Below are positions 39,576-46,527 of a stretch of 64,000 nt of DNA, piece by piece. The stretch is from contig JBAVOR010000009.1 in NCBI GenBank assembly GCA_049692255.1, forward strand, positions 16,457-80,456, written 5' to 3'. Under the pieces are notes generated by a model, which worked only from the letters and a program-made list of their open reading frames with translations, made no database searches and was not told the DNA's origin. Position 1 is the stretch's first letter, and every line of letters starts with the position of its first letter. Made by a program: the position numbers and the translations under genes. The DNA is from Candidatus Babeliales bacterium. GTDB taxonomy: Bacteria > Babelota > Babeliae > Babelales > JACPOV01.

Positions 39576-40225
39576 AAAAAACTTTTCTGTTATCTCTCAT
39601 CGTTTTAACTGTTCATGGTACTCAGTACGCGCAAGATCAAAACGATGCGCAACTAGTGCCATCAAACAGGCAGGTGCAGCCATATATTTTTGGCAGAAGT
39701 CTCATAAACGTCATGAAAAATAGCCCATACAACATTGTGACTGGTGCAAAAAAGATTTCTAAGGATATGCAGGACAGCTGGAATGACATAAAGCCTGCTC
39801 CTGTATGCGAACTTTCATCAAAGAGTGAGTGCTTTAGCCGAGAAGTCTTGCTCATACCTGTCTTTTTTTCAGGGGTTATTGCTGGATGTGCGGGACATTT
39901 TACCTGTGGTGAAAAATGGAAATCATCGAGGAGACATACAATAGTTCGCTCGACAGCCCTTGGCGGAGCACTTGGTCTTTATGGTATTGGCTTCTCCTTA
40001 TATAACTCACAAAATAAACTTGAACCGACTACAAAAAGAGCTGCCGAAGAAGCGATAGCTTTAGGACATATTGCAATGCTTGCGCGTCAATCTAACGTTT
40101 CATGTATTCAAGGGCCAAGCCTCGTTGATTTCGTTGTCACGAGACGTGTGTATCGTAATTGGAGTACCATATTTTTTGCACTTTTAGCCGGTAATAGCAT
40201 CATGCATGCATGGCTGATCAAGTAA
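39572..40225 (+). CDS. Small exported/membrane protein, tandem paralog A
   Basis: I trimmed the start to MKKTFLLSLIVLTVHGTQYAQDQNDAQ (ATG at 39572). It shares the signal region, QYAQDQND, PY.FG and the (A/S)..ALGHIAMLA motif with the next gene. Confidence 0.5.
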   Translation: MKKTFLLSLIVLTVHGTQYAQDQNDAQLVPSNRQVQPYIFGRSLINVMKNSPYNIVTGAKKISKDMQDSWNDIKPAPVCELSSKSECFSREVLLIPVFFSGVIAGCAGHFTCGEKWKSSRRHTIVRSTALGGALGLYGIGFSLYNSQNKLEPTTKRAAEEAIALGHIAMLARQSNVSCIQGPSLVDFVVTRRVYRNWSTIFFALLAGNSIMHAWLIK

Positions 40226-40228
40226 AAA

Positions 40229-40263
40229 TTTATCGGCATTTTTATATTTTTAATGCCGATAAA
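40229..40263. repeat. Perfect 12-bp inverted repeat TTTATCGGCATT-N11-AATGCCGATAAA (candidate operator, 5'-UTR hairpin or terminator)
   Basis: Read directly from the sequence: 40229-40240 is the reverse complement of 40252-40263. It lies 3 nt after the stop of paralog A and 21 nt before the ATG of paralog B. On the minus strand it is followed by TTTTT. Confidence 0.6.
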
Positions 40264-40284
40264 CCACCGAAAAAGGGAAATCGA

Positions 40285-40866
40285 ATGAAAAAAACTCCTT
40301 TGTTACCTCTAATCTTTTTAATGATCTATGGGGCTCAGTATGCGCAAGATCAAAACGATACACAATCTACTCTCACAAACACTCAATTAAAACCATACGT
40401 TTTTGGCAATGGTATTTTTGCCTCTGCCAAAAATGGGCCGCAGACAATTAAAAACGATTTTTATGGCATATTTCAAAAGTACAATCTAGGACTCGAAGTC
40501 CAACTGCAATGGACTGTCTTTTTATCAGGAATAGGAATGGCTGCATCATGCTTGAGCTACAGGGAAAAATATCCTCTCAGAGTGATCACCTATTCAAAAC
40601 TGCCTATTGCACGAACAGCTGCAGTTAGTGCAGCGACTTTGTATGCAAATGGCCTCCGCTTATCCATCAAACGTGAGCGTGGAGCTTTAAACCCTGATCA
40701 AGAACGAGCATTATATGAATCATATGCTCTCGGGCATATAGCCATGCTAGCAAATAGAGTAGCCTTTGGGGCACGCTTTTTTAGCCCGCTATTTTTTAGC
40801 TCACTTGCTATTTTAAACATATACCAAGCCATACATGCGAGTGACTCACTTGACCACCATCATTAA
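40285..40866 (+). CDS. Small exported/membrane protein, tandem paralog B
   Basis: I trimmed the start to MKKTPLLPLIFLMIYGAQYAQDQNDTQ (ATG at 40285, SD AAAGGGA). The ALGHIAMLA motif is shared with paralog A. The 3' end overlaps the convergent fic gene by 21 nt. Confidence 0.5.
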   Translation: MKKTPLLPLIFLMIYGAQYAQDQNDTQSTLTNTQLKPYVFGNGIFASAKNGPQTIKNDFYGIFQKYNLGLEVQLQWTVFLSGIGMAASCLSYREKYPLRVITYSKLPIARTAAVSAATLYANGLRLSIKRERGALNPDQERALYESYALGHIAMLANRVAFGARFFSPLFFSSLAILNIYQAIHASDSLDHHH

Positions 40867-41940
40867 TTCCTGATATCGCTTGGCAAGCGCATATTTTCTT
40901 CCCTTATTAGAAAAATCGACGATCTCCAAAAAACCCGTATCAACCCATTTTTTACACAATGCAGAACTCGTGCGCGGCTGCAAGCCAAACAAAGCGCCAA
41001 CTTGCTTAGCGGTAATGGCCACGTGTTCCTCAAATAAGGCAAGCACATGGCGCTGCTTTTGGTCAAGTGAGCGGATCAGGTTGTATTGATCGGGTAACCC
41101 ACGAACCGTAGCTTCATCCATTCTTTTAGACACATTTTCAAATGACACCGCCATACCTTCTATAAAATAGTTAATCCATGGGGTAATATCCGCTTCAGCT
41201 CTACCAAAGTAGTAATTATGAGAAGGCCCAATACTGAGCGCATCGTAATAATTACCCAGATTACGGGCATAATATTCTTCCAAAGCATACAACCCTTTTA
41301 AATCATAGCCGCCTAGATGTAAAATTAATGTAGTGAGCAATCGAGCGGTGCGCCCGTTGCCATCATAGTACGGGTGAATAGTCACCAATTGGTAATGGAC
41401 AATAGCGGCTACCAATGGAACAGGAAGAGTTATAGTATCTTTAATCCAGGCAATCATGGCGCGCATAAGACTAGGCACATCATCTGCTTCTGGTGGCAAA
41501 TAAATAATTGTTTTTGATATGCCATCCCGAATCACATTTTGACCGGTGCGATACGGTGTTGGTTTTGTCTTTATTTTACCATCTGCTACTACGAGTGCAT
41601 GTATTGTCTGTATTATGCGCTCAGTAATAGAAATACCTTGAATTGCCCATTTCTCTACCTGGTCAAGCGCAGCATAATAACCGAGGACTTCTCGTTCATC
41701 CCGTTCACGACCTGGAAAATGGCCCTCATGTTTAAGAACCTGTTCTATCTGATCCAGGGACAAGCGATTCCCTTCAATCATGGTAGAATAATGGGTGGTA
41801 TATAACCTGGCAGATTCACGCAAAGAGCTTAACACCGTGCTCGTTAGAGAAAGATGAACTACTTTCTCCCGTACTGCTTCAATGCGCATCAGGTTCTGGG
41901 CGATCTCTGGAGTTATCTGATAGTGTGGTAAAAATTTCAT
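40846..41940 (-). CDS. fic: Fic family protein (putative AMP-transferase) with an N-terminal inhibitory motif and a C-terminal winged-helix domain
   Basis: 364 aa. The Fic active-site loop is HPYYDGNGRTARLL (HxFx[D/E]GNGRxxR). The N-terminal region has YSTMIEGN, which matches the (S/T)xxxE(G/N) auto-inhibition motif. The C-terminal roughly 70 aa (RHVLALFEEHVAITAKQVGALFGLQPRTSSALCKKWVDTGFLEIV) look like a wHTH. Confidence 0.9.
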   Translation of the reverse strand: MKFLPHYQITPEIAQNLMRIEAVREKVVHLSLTSTVLSSLRESARLYTTHYSTMIEGNRLSLDQIEQVLKHEGHFPGRERDEREVLGYYAALDQVEKWAIQGISITERIIQTIHALVVADGKIKTKPTPYRTGQNVIRDGISKTIIYLPPEADDVPSLMRAMIAWIKDTITLPVPLVAAIVHYQLVTIHPYYDGNGRTARLLTTLILHLGGYDLKGLYALEEYYARNLGNYYDALSIGPSHNYYFGRAEADITPWINYFIEGMAVSFENVSKRMDEATVRGLPDQYNLIRSLDQKQRHVLALFEEHVAITAKQVGALFGLQPRTSSALCKKWVDTGFLEIVDFSNKGRKYALAKRYQELMMVVK

Positions 41941-41962
41941 GGTTTTAGCTCCCTTTTACAAA

Positions 41963-42012
41963 TTTATCGGCACCTCTTATATTATTAATTATGCCGATAA
42001 ACAGCCGATAAA
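41963..42012. repeat. Second copy of the palindromic element: TTTATCGGCA-N19-TGCCGATAAA, plus an extra GCCGATAAA half-site
   Basis: 41963-41972 is the reverse complement of 41992-42001, and an additional GCCGATAAA lies at 42004-42012. The element sits 22 nt upstream of the fic start codon on the minus strand, with AAAGGGA between it and the ATG. Confidence 0.6.
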
Positions 42013-42127
42013 TCAAGGTAACCCTTATTTTCGCTATTTCAATGAAGGGGCTTAACAGCTTTGCCATTGGTTGTTTCGTGCGCCATGAAAAGTCTTTTCG
42101 TTAAAATTCACCACCAGATTTAATTTT

Positions 42128-42150
42128 ATACCGATAAACAGCCGATAAAG
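42128..42150. repeat. Third copy (direct repeat) of the double half-site ATACCGATAAACAGCCGATAAAG
   Basis: It matches 41990-42012 (TATGCCGATAAACAGCCGATAAAT) at 21 of 23 positions. It lies in the fic / 42244 divergent intergenic region. Confidence 0.55.
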
Positions 42151-42243
42151 GCGAGTGCGATTGCTCTTTGTAAACAGTTTTCTATTTGACAATATTTGGT
42201 ATTTTGGCATACTGATAGTTAGTTTAATGAAAGGAAAAATTAT

Positions 42244-42657
42244 ATGAAAAAGTTATTACTCACCGTTCCCTTAGCTATGGTTATGACTGCTACAGCAGGG
42301 TTCGGCTCACTTGCAGAGAATATAAGAAACACATGCACTGAACATCCGGTATGGGCAGGAATCTTCGCAGCATCAACAGTGGCAGCGTATAAAAATACAT
42401 ATCTTCCATTATGGGGCGTTTCTGCTATGCAAAAAGATCTTGCAAGCGGAACATACACGTCCAGCAATTTAGGGAAAAAGAGTCTGTTCAAAGGAGCTGT
42501 AACAAAGTGGGAAGCCTTTTTTAAAAATGATGAATATGAAGGTGGCTATGAAGAAAAAGCAGCATGGTACGTTTCATGGCGCGCAATCGGCTTAGCAGAA
42601 ATGGCACTTTCTGGCTCAACGCTTGGTCACTATCTATGGCAAAATTTGAAGAAATAA
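42244..42657 (+). CDS. Hypothetical exported/membrane protein
   Basis: 137 aa with an AAAGGA SD and a signal-like N-terminus (MKKLLLTVPLAMVMTATAGFGS). No family recognised. Confidence 0.45.
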   Translation: MKKLLLTVPLAMVMTATAGFGSLAENIRNTCTEHPVWAGIFAASTVAAYKNTYLPLWGVSAMQKDLASGTYTSSNLGKKSLFKGAVTKWEAFFKNDEYEGGYEEKAAWYVSWRAIGLAEMALSGSTLGHYLWQNLKK

Positions 42658-42675
42658 AAAATGGAAGGGTATTCT

Positions 42676-43071
42676 ATGATTAAAAAACTGATACTTTCTA
42701 CTCTACTGGCTACCGTTTTGCTTGCACCATCTTCACAATCTTATGCTCGCACACAAACAGTTATTAAAGAAAACTTTAAAGAAATAGTGCTTGATTCAAA
42801 AAAGCCGGTAATAGTTGATGTCTTTGCGCCATGGTGCCCGCCGTGCAAACATATGATGCCATTGTTTGAAGAATTGGCAAACGAATTTTCTGAGCAATAT
42901 ACTTTCGTAAAATTGAATGCTGAACAGTCAGAAGAACTCGCTGAACAGTATACCGTTCGGAGCTTCCCAACGCTGCTCTTCTTTAGAGATGGCGTTTTAC
43001 AGGGTCGCCATAGCGGTTATTTGAATAAAAAACAGATGATGGAAAAGATCAACGAAGTTTTTGCACAATAA
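42676..43071 (+). CDS. Exported thioredoxin with a CPPC active site
   Basis: I trimmed the start to MIKKLILSTLLATVLLAPSSQSYA (signal peptide; GGAAGGG SD). The thioredoxin fold carries VDVFAPWCPPCKHMMP instead of the canonical WCGPC. Confidence 0.85.
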   Translation: MIKKLILSTLLATVLLAPSSQSYARTQTVIKENFKEIVLDSKKPVIVDVFAPWCPPCKHMMPLFEELANEFSEQYTFVKLNAEQSEELAEQYTVRSFPTLLFFRDGVLQGRHSGYLNKKQMMEKINEVFAQ

Positions 43072-43077
43072 AGCAGT

Positions 43078-44457
43078 TCATTTGCCCACACAGAATTCAT
43101 GGAACACCGCATCAAGCGTTGCTTCACTGACCGATTTACCTGTCAGTTGTGACAGCTCTTGCAATGCATCACGCACATGCACCGACACTAATTCGTAGGC
43201 ACGTTCTGTTGTTAATAACTGTTGCGCCTGTTTGATATGCTCTTGCACCGCAATGAGTGCCTTTGCATGGCGCGCATTGATTGCAAATGGGGTATCTGAG
43301 CGATGCAGTAATAAATCTACGCGTTTTTTGAGCGCATCTTTGAGTATGCGCATCGATTGTTCATCATGCATAGAAACGGTGTAATCGGGCGCACGCGCGT
43401 CAATTACATGCGTAAGCATTGCACAATCGTGCTTGCTTGCTATCACCAGGATGCGATCTCCGTATACTTGTAACAGTTCGGTGTAAATTTGATTTTCTGC
43501 TTCTGTCATTGCACGTGATTGGTCAAACACCAGTAATACAATATCAGCTATGTGTGCTTGTTCGCGCGAACGACGAATACCTTCCGCTTCTATGCGGTCA
43601 TTAGTTAAGCGTAAACCTGCTGTGTCAATCAATGTCCAATAAAGGCCGTCAACGTAGAGGCCCGCTTCGATAGCATCGCGCGTAGTACCGGCGATGTCAC
43701 TAACGATAGCACGGTTATCCCCAACTAACGCATTAAATAAGGTTGATTTTCCTACATTCACACTACCGACAAGCGCAATACGCACGCCAGTACGAATCTG
43801 TTTTTGCGTATCATGCGTTGCCAACAACTGTGCTGTTTTAGTAATGGATTCGCCCAAGAGCGCGCTCACTTGTGGCGCAAATTCGATTGCGTCATCATCT
43901 AAAAATTCAAAACTTGCTTGAATAAGCACATCAGCATGCACCAACGTCTTTTCTAATCGTGCTAACTCAGCTGACAAGGTACCCTGCAGTTGCGCTAGCG
44001 ATTGCTGCATTGCCCGACCGCTGGAGGCAGTAATTAAATCATGCACCGCTTCGGCTTGAACCAAGTCAATTTTTCCATGCAGTACAGCACGTTTACTAAA
44101 TTCACCGGGCGCTGCTAATCGAGCACCAGCAGAAACGAGTGTGGCAATAATGGTATCAACAATAAATTGATTGTTGTGGCAAGAAATTTCTATCGTATCT
44201 TCACCAGTAAACGTACGGGGTGCGCGCATTAAAAAGAACAGTGCATAATCGATTGCACGTGCTTGATCATCAACAAATGCACCATATTCAATGGTATGTG
44301 TTGGGCAATCAATAATGTGTTTGCGCGATGCTAAATGGACGAAACGATTGATCAAATCGAACGCAAAAGCACCCGATACACGAATGAGCGCAAGCGCACC
44401 AGCCCCTTTGGGCGTGCATTGGGCGACAATTGTTTCTTGAGATTCTATCGTATACAT
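43078..44457 (-). CDS. mnmE: tRNA modification GTPase MnmE (TrmE)
   Basis: 459 aa. The G1 motif is GSVNVGKSTLFNAL and G3 is DTAGLR. The N-terminal THF-binding domain pattern is present, as is the diagnostic C-terminal FCVGK. Confidence 0.9.
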   Translation of the reverse strand: MYTIESQETIVAQCTPKGAGALALIRVSGAFAFDLINRFVHLASRKHIIDCPTHTIEYGAFVDDQARAIDYALFFLMRAPRTFTGEDTIEISCHNNQFIVDTIIATLVSAGARLAAPGEFSKRAVLHGKIDLVQAEAVHDLITASSGRAMQQSLAQLQGTLSAELARLEKTLVHADVLIQASFEFLDDDAIEFAPQVSALLGESITKTAQLLATHDTQKQIRTGVRIALVGSVNVGKSTLFNALVGDNRAIVSDIAGTTRDAIEAGLYVDGLYWTLIDTAGLRLTNDRIEAEGIRRSREQAHIADIVLLVFDQSRAMTEAENQIYTELLQVYGDRILVIASKHDCAMLTHVIDARAPDYTVSMHDEQSMRILKDALKKRVDLLLHRSDTPFAINARHAKALIAVQEHIKQAQQLLTTERAYELVSVHVRDALQELSQLTGKSVSEATLDAVFHEFCVGK

Positions 44458-44482
44458 ATAACCACCATTTAGAACGCGTTTC

Positions 44483-45319
44483 TTATTCCCGCACTAACAC
44501 AATTTTAAAGCCATGCAATGGGCGCTTGAACTGTTTTTTGAGCGCTTGAAGCAATAAGAATGACATGTTACGCAAAATAGTACGCTCCTGCTCGGGCGTT
44601 GCCGCTAATTGCGTGTCAATTGTTACGCGCAAATAATAGTTATTCGTTTGTGTGGTAAACTGCGCGTTCTGTTTTTCCATTTCATCCAGTACACCACGTA
44701 CCCATGCAGATGCCGCTTCCACCAGCCCTGCAGTCCAAATTTCACGCGGCGGCTTTGGCGTTACATTTGTTTCTGGTGTAGCTTCACCCATTTGCTCCTG
44801 ATTCATTTCTGCACGATCGTTCATAGCATGATGTGGCAGCTGTTGCCGGCTACGCTGTGCGCTCGAGTGAGTGACATCTGATGGACGATGCTCTGTGCGC
44901 TCAATACGTTCAGGGCGCTGAGGCCTATCTGACGTAGCTTGCCGCGTTTGTGGGCTTGAATATGGGGATTCTGCGCGTTGTTGTTCAGAAGCTCGTGTGT
45001 CTCGCTTTTCAGTAGCTTCATACATTGGTCTGCGTTGTTGCGGCGCAGCAGGGCGTCTTTCTTCTCGTTTTTGCGCATATGCCGAACTATCGCTCGTGCG
45101 TCTACGAGAATCAAACGATTGCGAACGAGCATCTCGTTCTTTTTGTATTGGTGCACCAAATAAGAGTGCTATTTTTGCTGATTTTGTGGTAAGTCCAAAG
45201 AAATTTCTTTGTGCTTCTTCAAATACTTTTACCGTGAATTCTTGCGGCTTTCCTGCAGCGGTCCATGCTTGCTCAATTGCTTTTGCTACGGACGAAGATT
45301 CTTGGATAATCGATTTCAT
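44483..45319 (-). CDS. jag: Jag/KhpB-like RNA-binding protein with a long disordered insert
   Basis: 278 aa. The Jag_N-like N-terminus is SSVAKAIEQAWTAAGKPQEFTVKVFEEAQRNFFGL. It sits immediately upstream of mnmE, which is a conserved jag-mnmE neighbourhood. A linker of about 130 aa is rich in R/Q/S/E/P, followed by a short KH-like C-terminal domain. No clear R3H motif is visible. Confidence 0.65.
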   Translation of the reverse strand: MKSIIQESSSVAKAIEQAWTAAGKPQEFTVKVFEEAQRNFFGLTTKSAKIALLFGAPIQKERDARSQSFDSRRRTSDSSAYAQKREERRPAAPQQRRPMYEATEKRDTRASEQQRAESPYSSPQTRQATSDRPQRPERIERTEHRPSDVTHSSAQRSRQQLPHHAMNDRAEMNQEQMGEATPETNVTPKPPREIWTAGLVEAASAWVRGVLDEMEKQNAQFTTQTNNYYLRVTIDTQLAATPEQERTILRNMSFLLLQALKKQFKRPLHGFKIVLVRE

Positions 45320-45628
45320 AGAATTAAAATTCCAGTCTGAATATTAAAAAATTGGTATATTAGTTGAACTATAGTCATATTAAAGAATTCGGTGCTTAAA
45401 ACAGCGTATCATGAATAGATGGGGCTTTCAATGGCACTACTTAACTCTTCGAGTTTCGAAGCGCATGCGTGCTCTATGAATTAATGACTTTTTATTTTTA
45501 TAGCCCGACTTCGCACATCACGTCCCCATTTTCCACGGCCACCGTGCTACGTCGTGGCAGCCTCCGCAATCTTACTATTATCGCCAATTCCTTCAGCTGG
45601 CGTGCCCAGCCGTAGCCTTGGCGGAGGC

Positions 45629-45703
45629 TGGAGCGGGAAACGGGATTTGAACCCGCGACCTTTGCCTTGGCAAGGCAACGCTCTTCCGCTGAGCTATTCC
45701 CGC
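45629..45703 (-). tRNA. tRNA-Gly (anticodon GCC), CCA encoded
   Basis: The reverse complement is GCGGGAATAGCTCAGCGGAAGAGCGTTGCCTTGCCAAGGCAAAGGTCGCGGGTTCAAATCCCGTTTCCCGCTCCA. The acceptor is GCGGGAA/TTCCCGC, the anticodon arm is TTGCC-TTGCCAA-GGCAA (GCC), and the T arm is GCGGG-TTCAAAT-CCCGT. Confidence 0.92.
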
Positions 45704-45712
45704 ATATGGCTT

Positions 45713-45743
45713 ATTATGGTACCAAACAGTCACCAATTGTCAA
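45713..45743 (-). promoter_or_regulatory. Candidate sigma70-type promoter for tRNA-Gly
   Basis: The minus strand reads TTGACA(45743-45738)-19 nt-CATAAT(45718-45713), followed by 9 nt before the tRNA 5' end. The spacer is longer than optimal, so this is tentative. Confidence 0.3.
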
Positions 45744-45919
45744 TGGGACTTTAGAGAAAATGTACCCTGACTTTTCAATTGATCTAGCCGTACGAAACTA
45801 AAAACACTCAATTAAATTTAATAGCCAAGAAATCCACACGTGCAGTGCAGTTGTACAAAATGGGCATTATCGTTACAGTAAACATGAGATTGCATAACTG
45901 ATGCTTAAGGAACTGTGAT

Positions 45920-46525
45920 ATGATTTCGTTACTAGAAGGCACCGTGCAAACGGTATATGATAGTGCCATTACGCTGATGTGTCATGGGATTGGCTTTGAA
46001 CTGCATGTACCCAATGCTACCAACTATGCTCATCATGAAAAAATTACTGTACATACGTACGTTCATTGGAATCAAGAACAGGGTTTCACCTTGTTTGGCT
46101 TTCGTTCACTTGAAGAAAAAAAGATATTTTTATTGCTGATCAGCTGCCAGGGGGTAGGCCCCAAGCTGGCACTGGCAATATTTAATGAGTTAACTATTAA
46201 TCAACTGATTGATGCACTCGTGAATCGCAAGAATAGTGTACTGAGCAGCGTAAGCGGGATCGGCGCTAAAAAGGCAGAACTGATCACCTTGCATTTGCAT
46301 GAAAAAGTTGCACAGCTGGTTGCTACCGGGCAATTGCACGCAACAGAAGAAACAAGCCATCTGCAGCAGTTGACCCAAGTGCTCAGCTCGCTCAACTATT
46401 CACGGCAAGAAATTGCATCAGTTATCGATCAACTGCGTAGCTCTATTAACACACAAGAATCATTCGATCAGTTATTGCGCAAAGCGCTCAGTCTTCTATC
46501 TAAAACCCGCGTATCAGGAAATTAA
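45920..46525 (+). CDS. ruvA: Holliday junction branch migration complex subunit RuvA
   Basis: 201 aa. MISLLEGTV...GIGFELHVP...VHTYVHWNQEQGFTLFGF..EEKKIFLLLISCQGVGPKLALAI...SVSGIGAKKAE shows an OB domain followed by two HhH motifs. No ruvB is adjacent. Confidence 0.85.
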   Translation: MISLLEGTVQTVYDSAITLMCHGIGFELHVPNATNYAHHEKITVHTYVHWNQEQGFTLFGFRSLEEKKIFLLLISCQGVGPKLALAIFNELTINQLIDALVNRKNSVLSSVSGIGAKKAELITLHLHEKVAQLVATGQLHATEETSHLQQLTQVLSSLNYSRQEIASVIDQLRSSINTQESFDQLLRKALSLLSKTRVSGN

Positions 46526-46527
46526 GC

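Noticed and set aside
40226-42012. Calling the IR-bracketed paralog-B/fic block a transposon or MITE
   Set aside because: No transposase or recombinase is present and no target-site duplication could be identified. The elements sit at fixed distances from the ribosome-binding sites, which fits regulation better. It is reported as a finding, not as a mobile element.
42186-42214. Candidate promoter TTGACA-N17-ATACTG upstream of the gene at 42244
   Set aside because: The -35 element is perfect, but the -10 element is poor in every register. It is not supported well enough to list as a feature.
44609-45347. Alternative-frame ORFs across the jag low-complexity region (44609-44881 +, 44821-45159 -, 44978-45163 +, 44997-45347 +)
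   Set aside because: These open frames are caused by biased composition. The jag frame has a recognisable Jag_N domain and conserved jag-mnmE synteny.
45503-45628. Assignment of the GC-rich segment to SRP/4.5S RNA, RNase P RNA, tmRNA, 6S RNA or a second tRNA
   Set aside because: It lacks the hallmark motifs. There is no CC-GGAA-GG tetraloop with AGCA symmetric loop (SRP). There is no GAGGAAAGTCCGGGC or ACAGAACCCGGCTTA (RNase P). There is no tRNA-like end with a T-loop GTTCGAATC, and no 7-nt anticodon loop. It is left as an unassigned candidate ncRNA.
45554-45754. 66-aa plus-strand ORF from the track
   Set aside because: It overlaps tRNA-Gly (antisense) and the GC-rich structured segment. 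The composition-driven open frame is not a credible gene.
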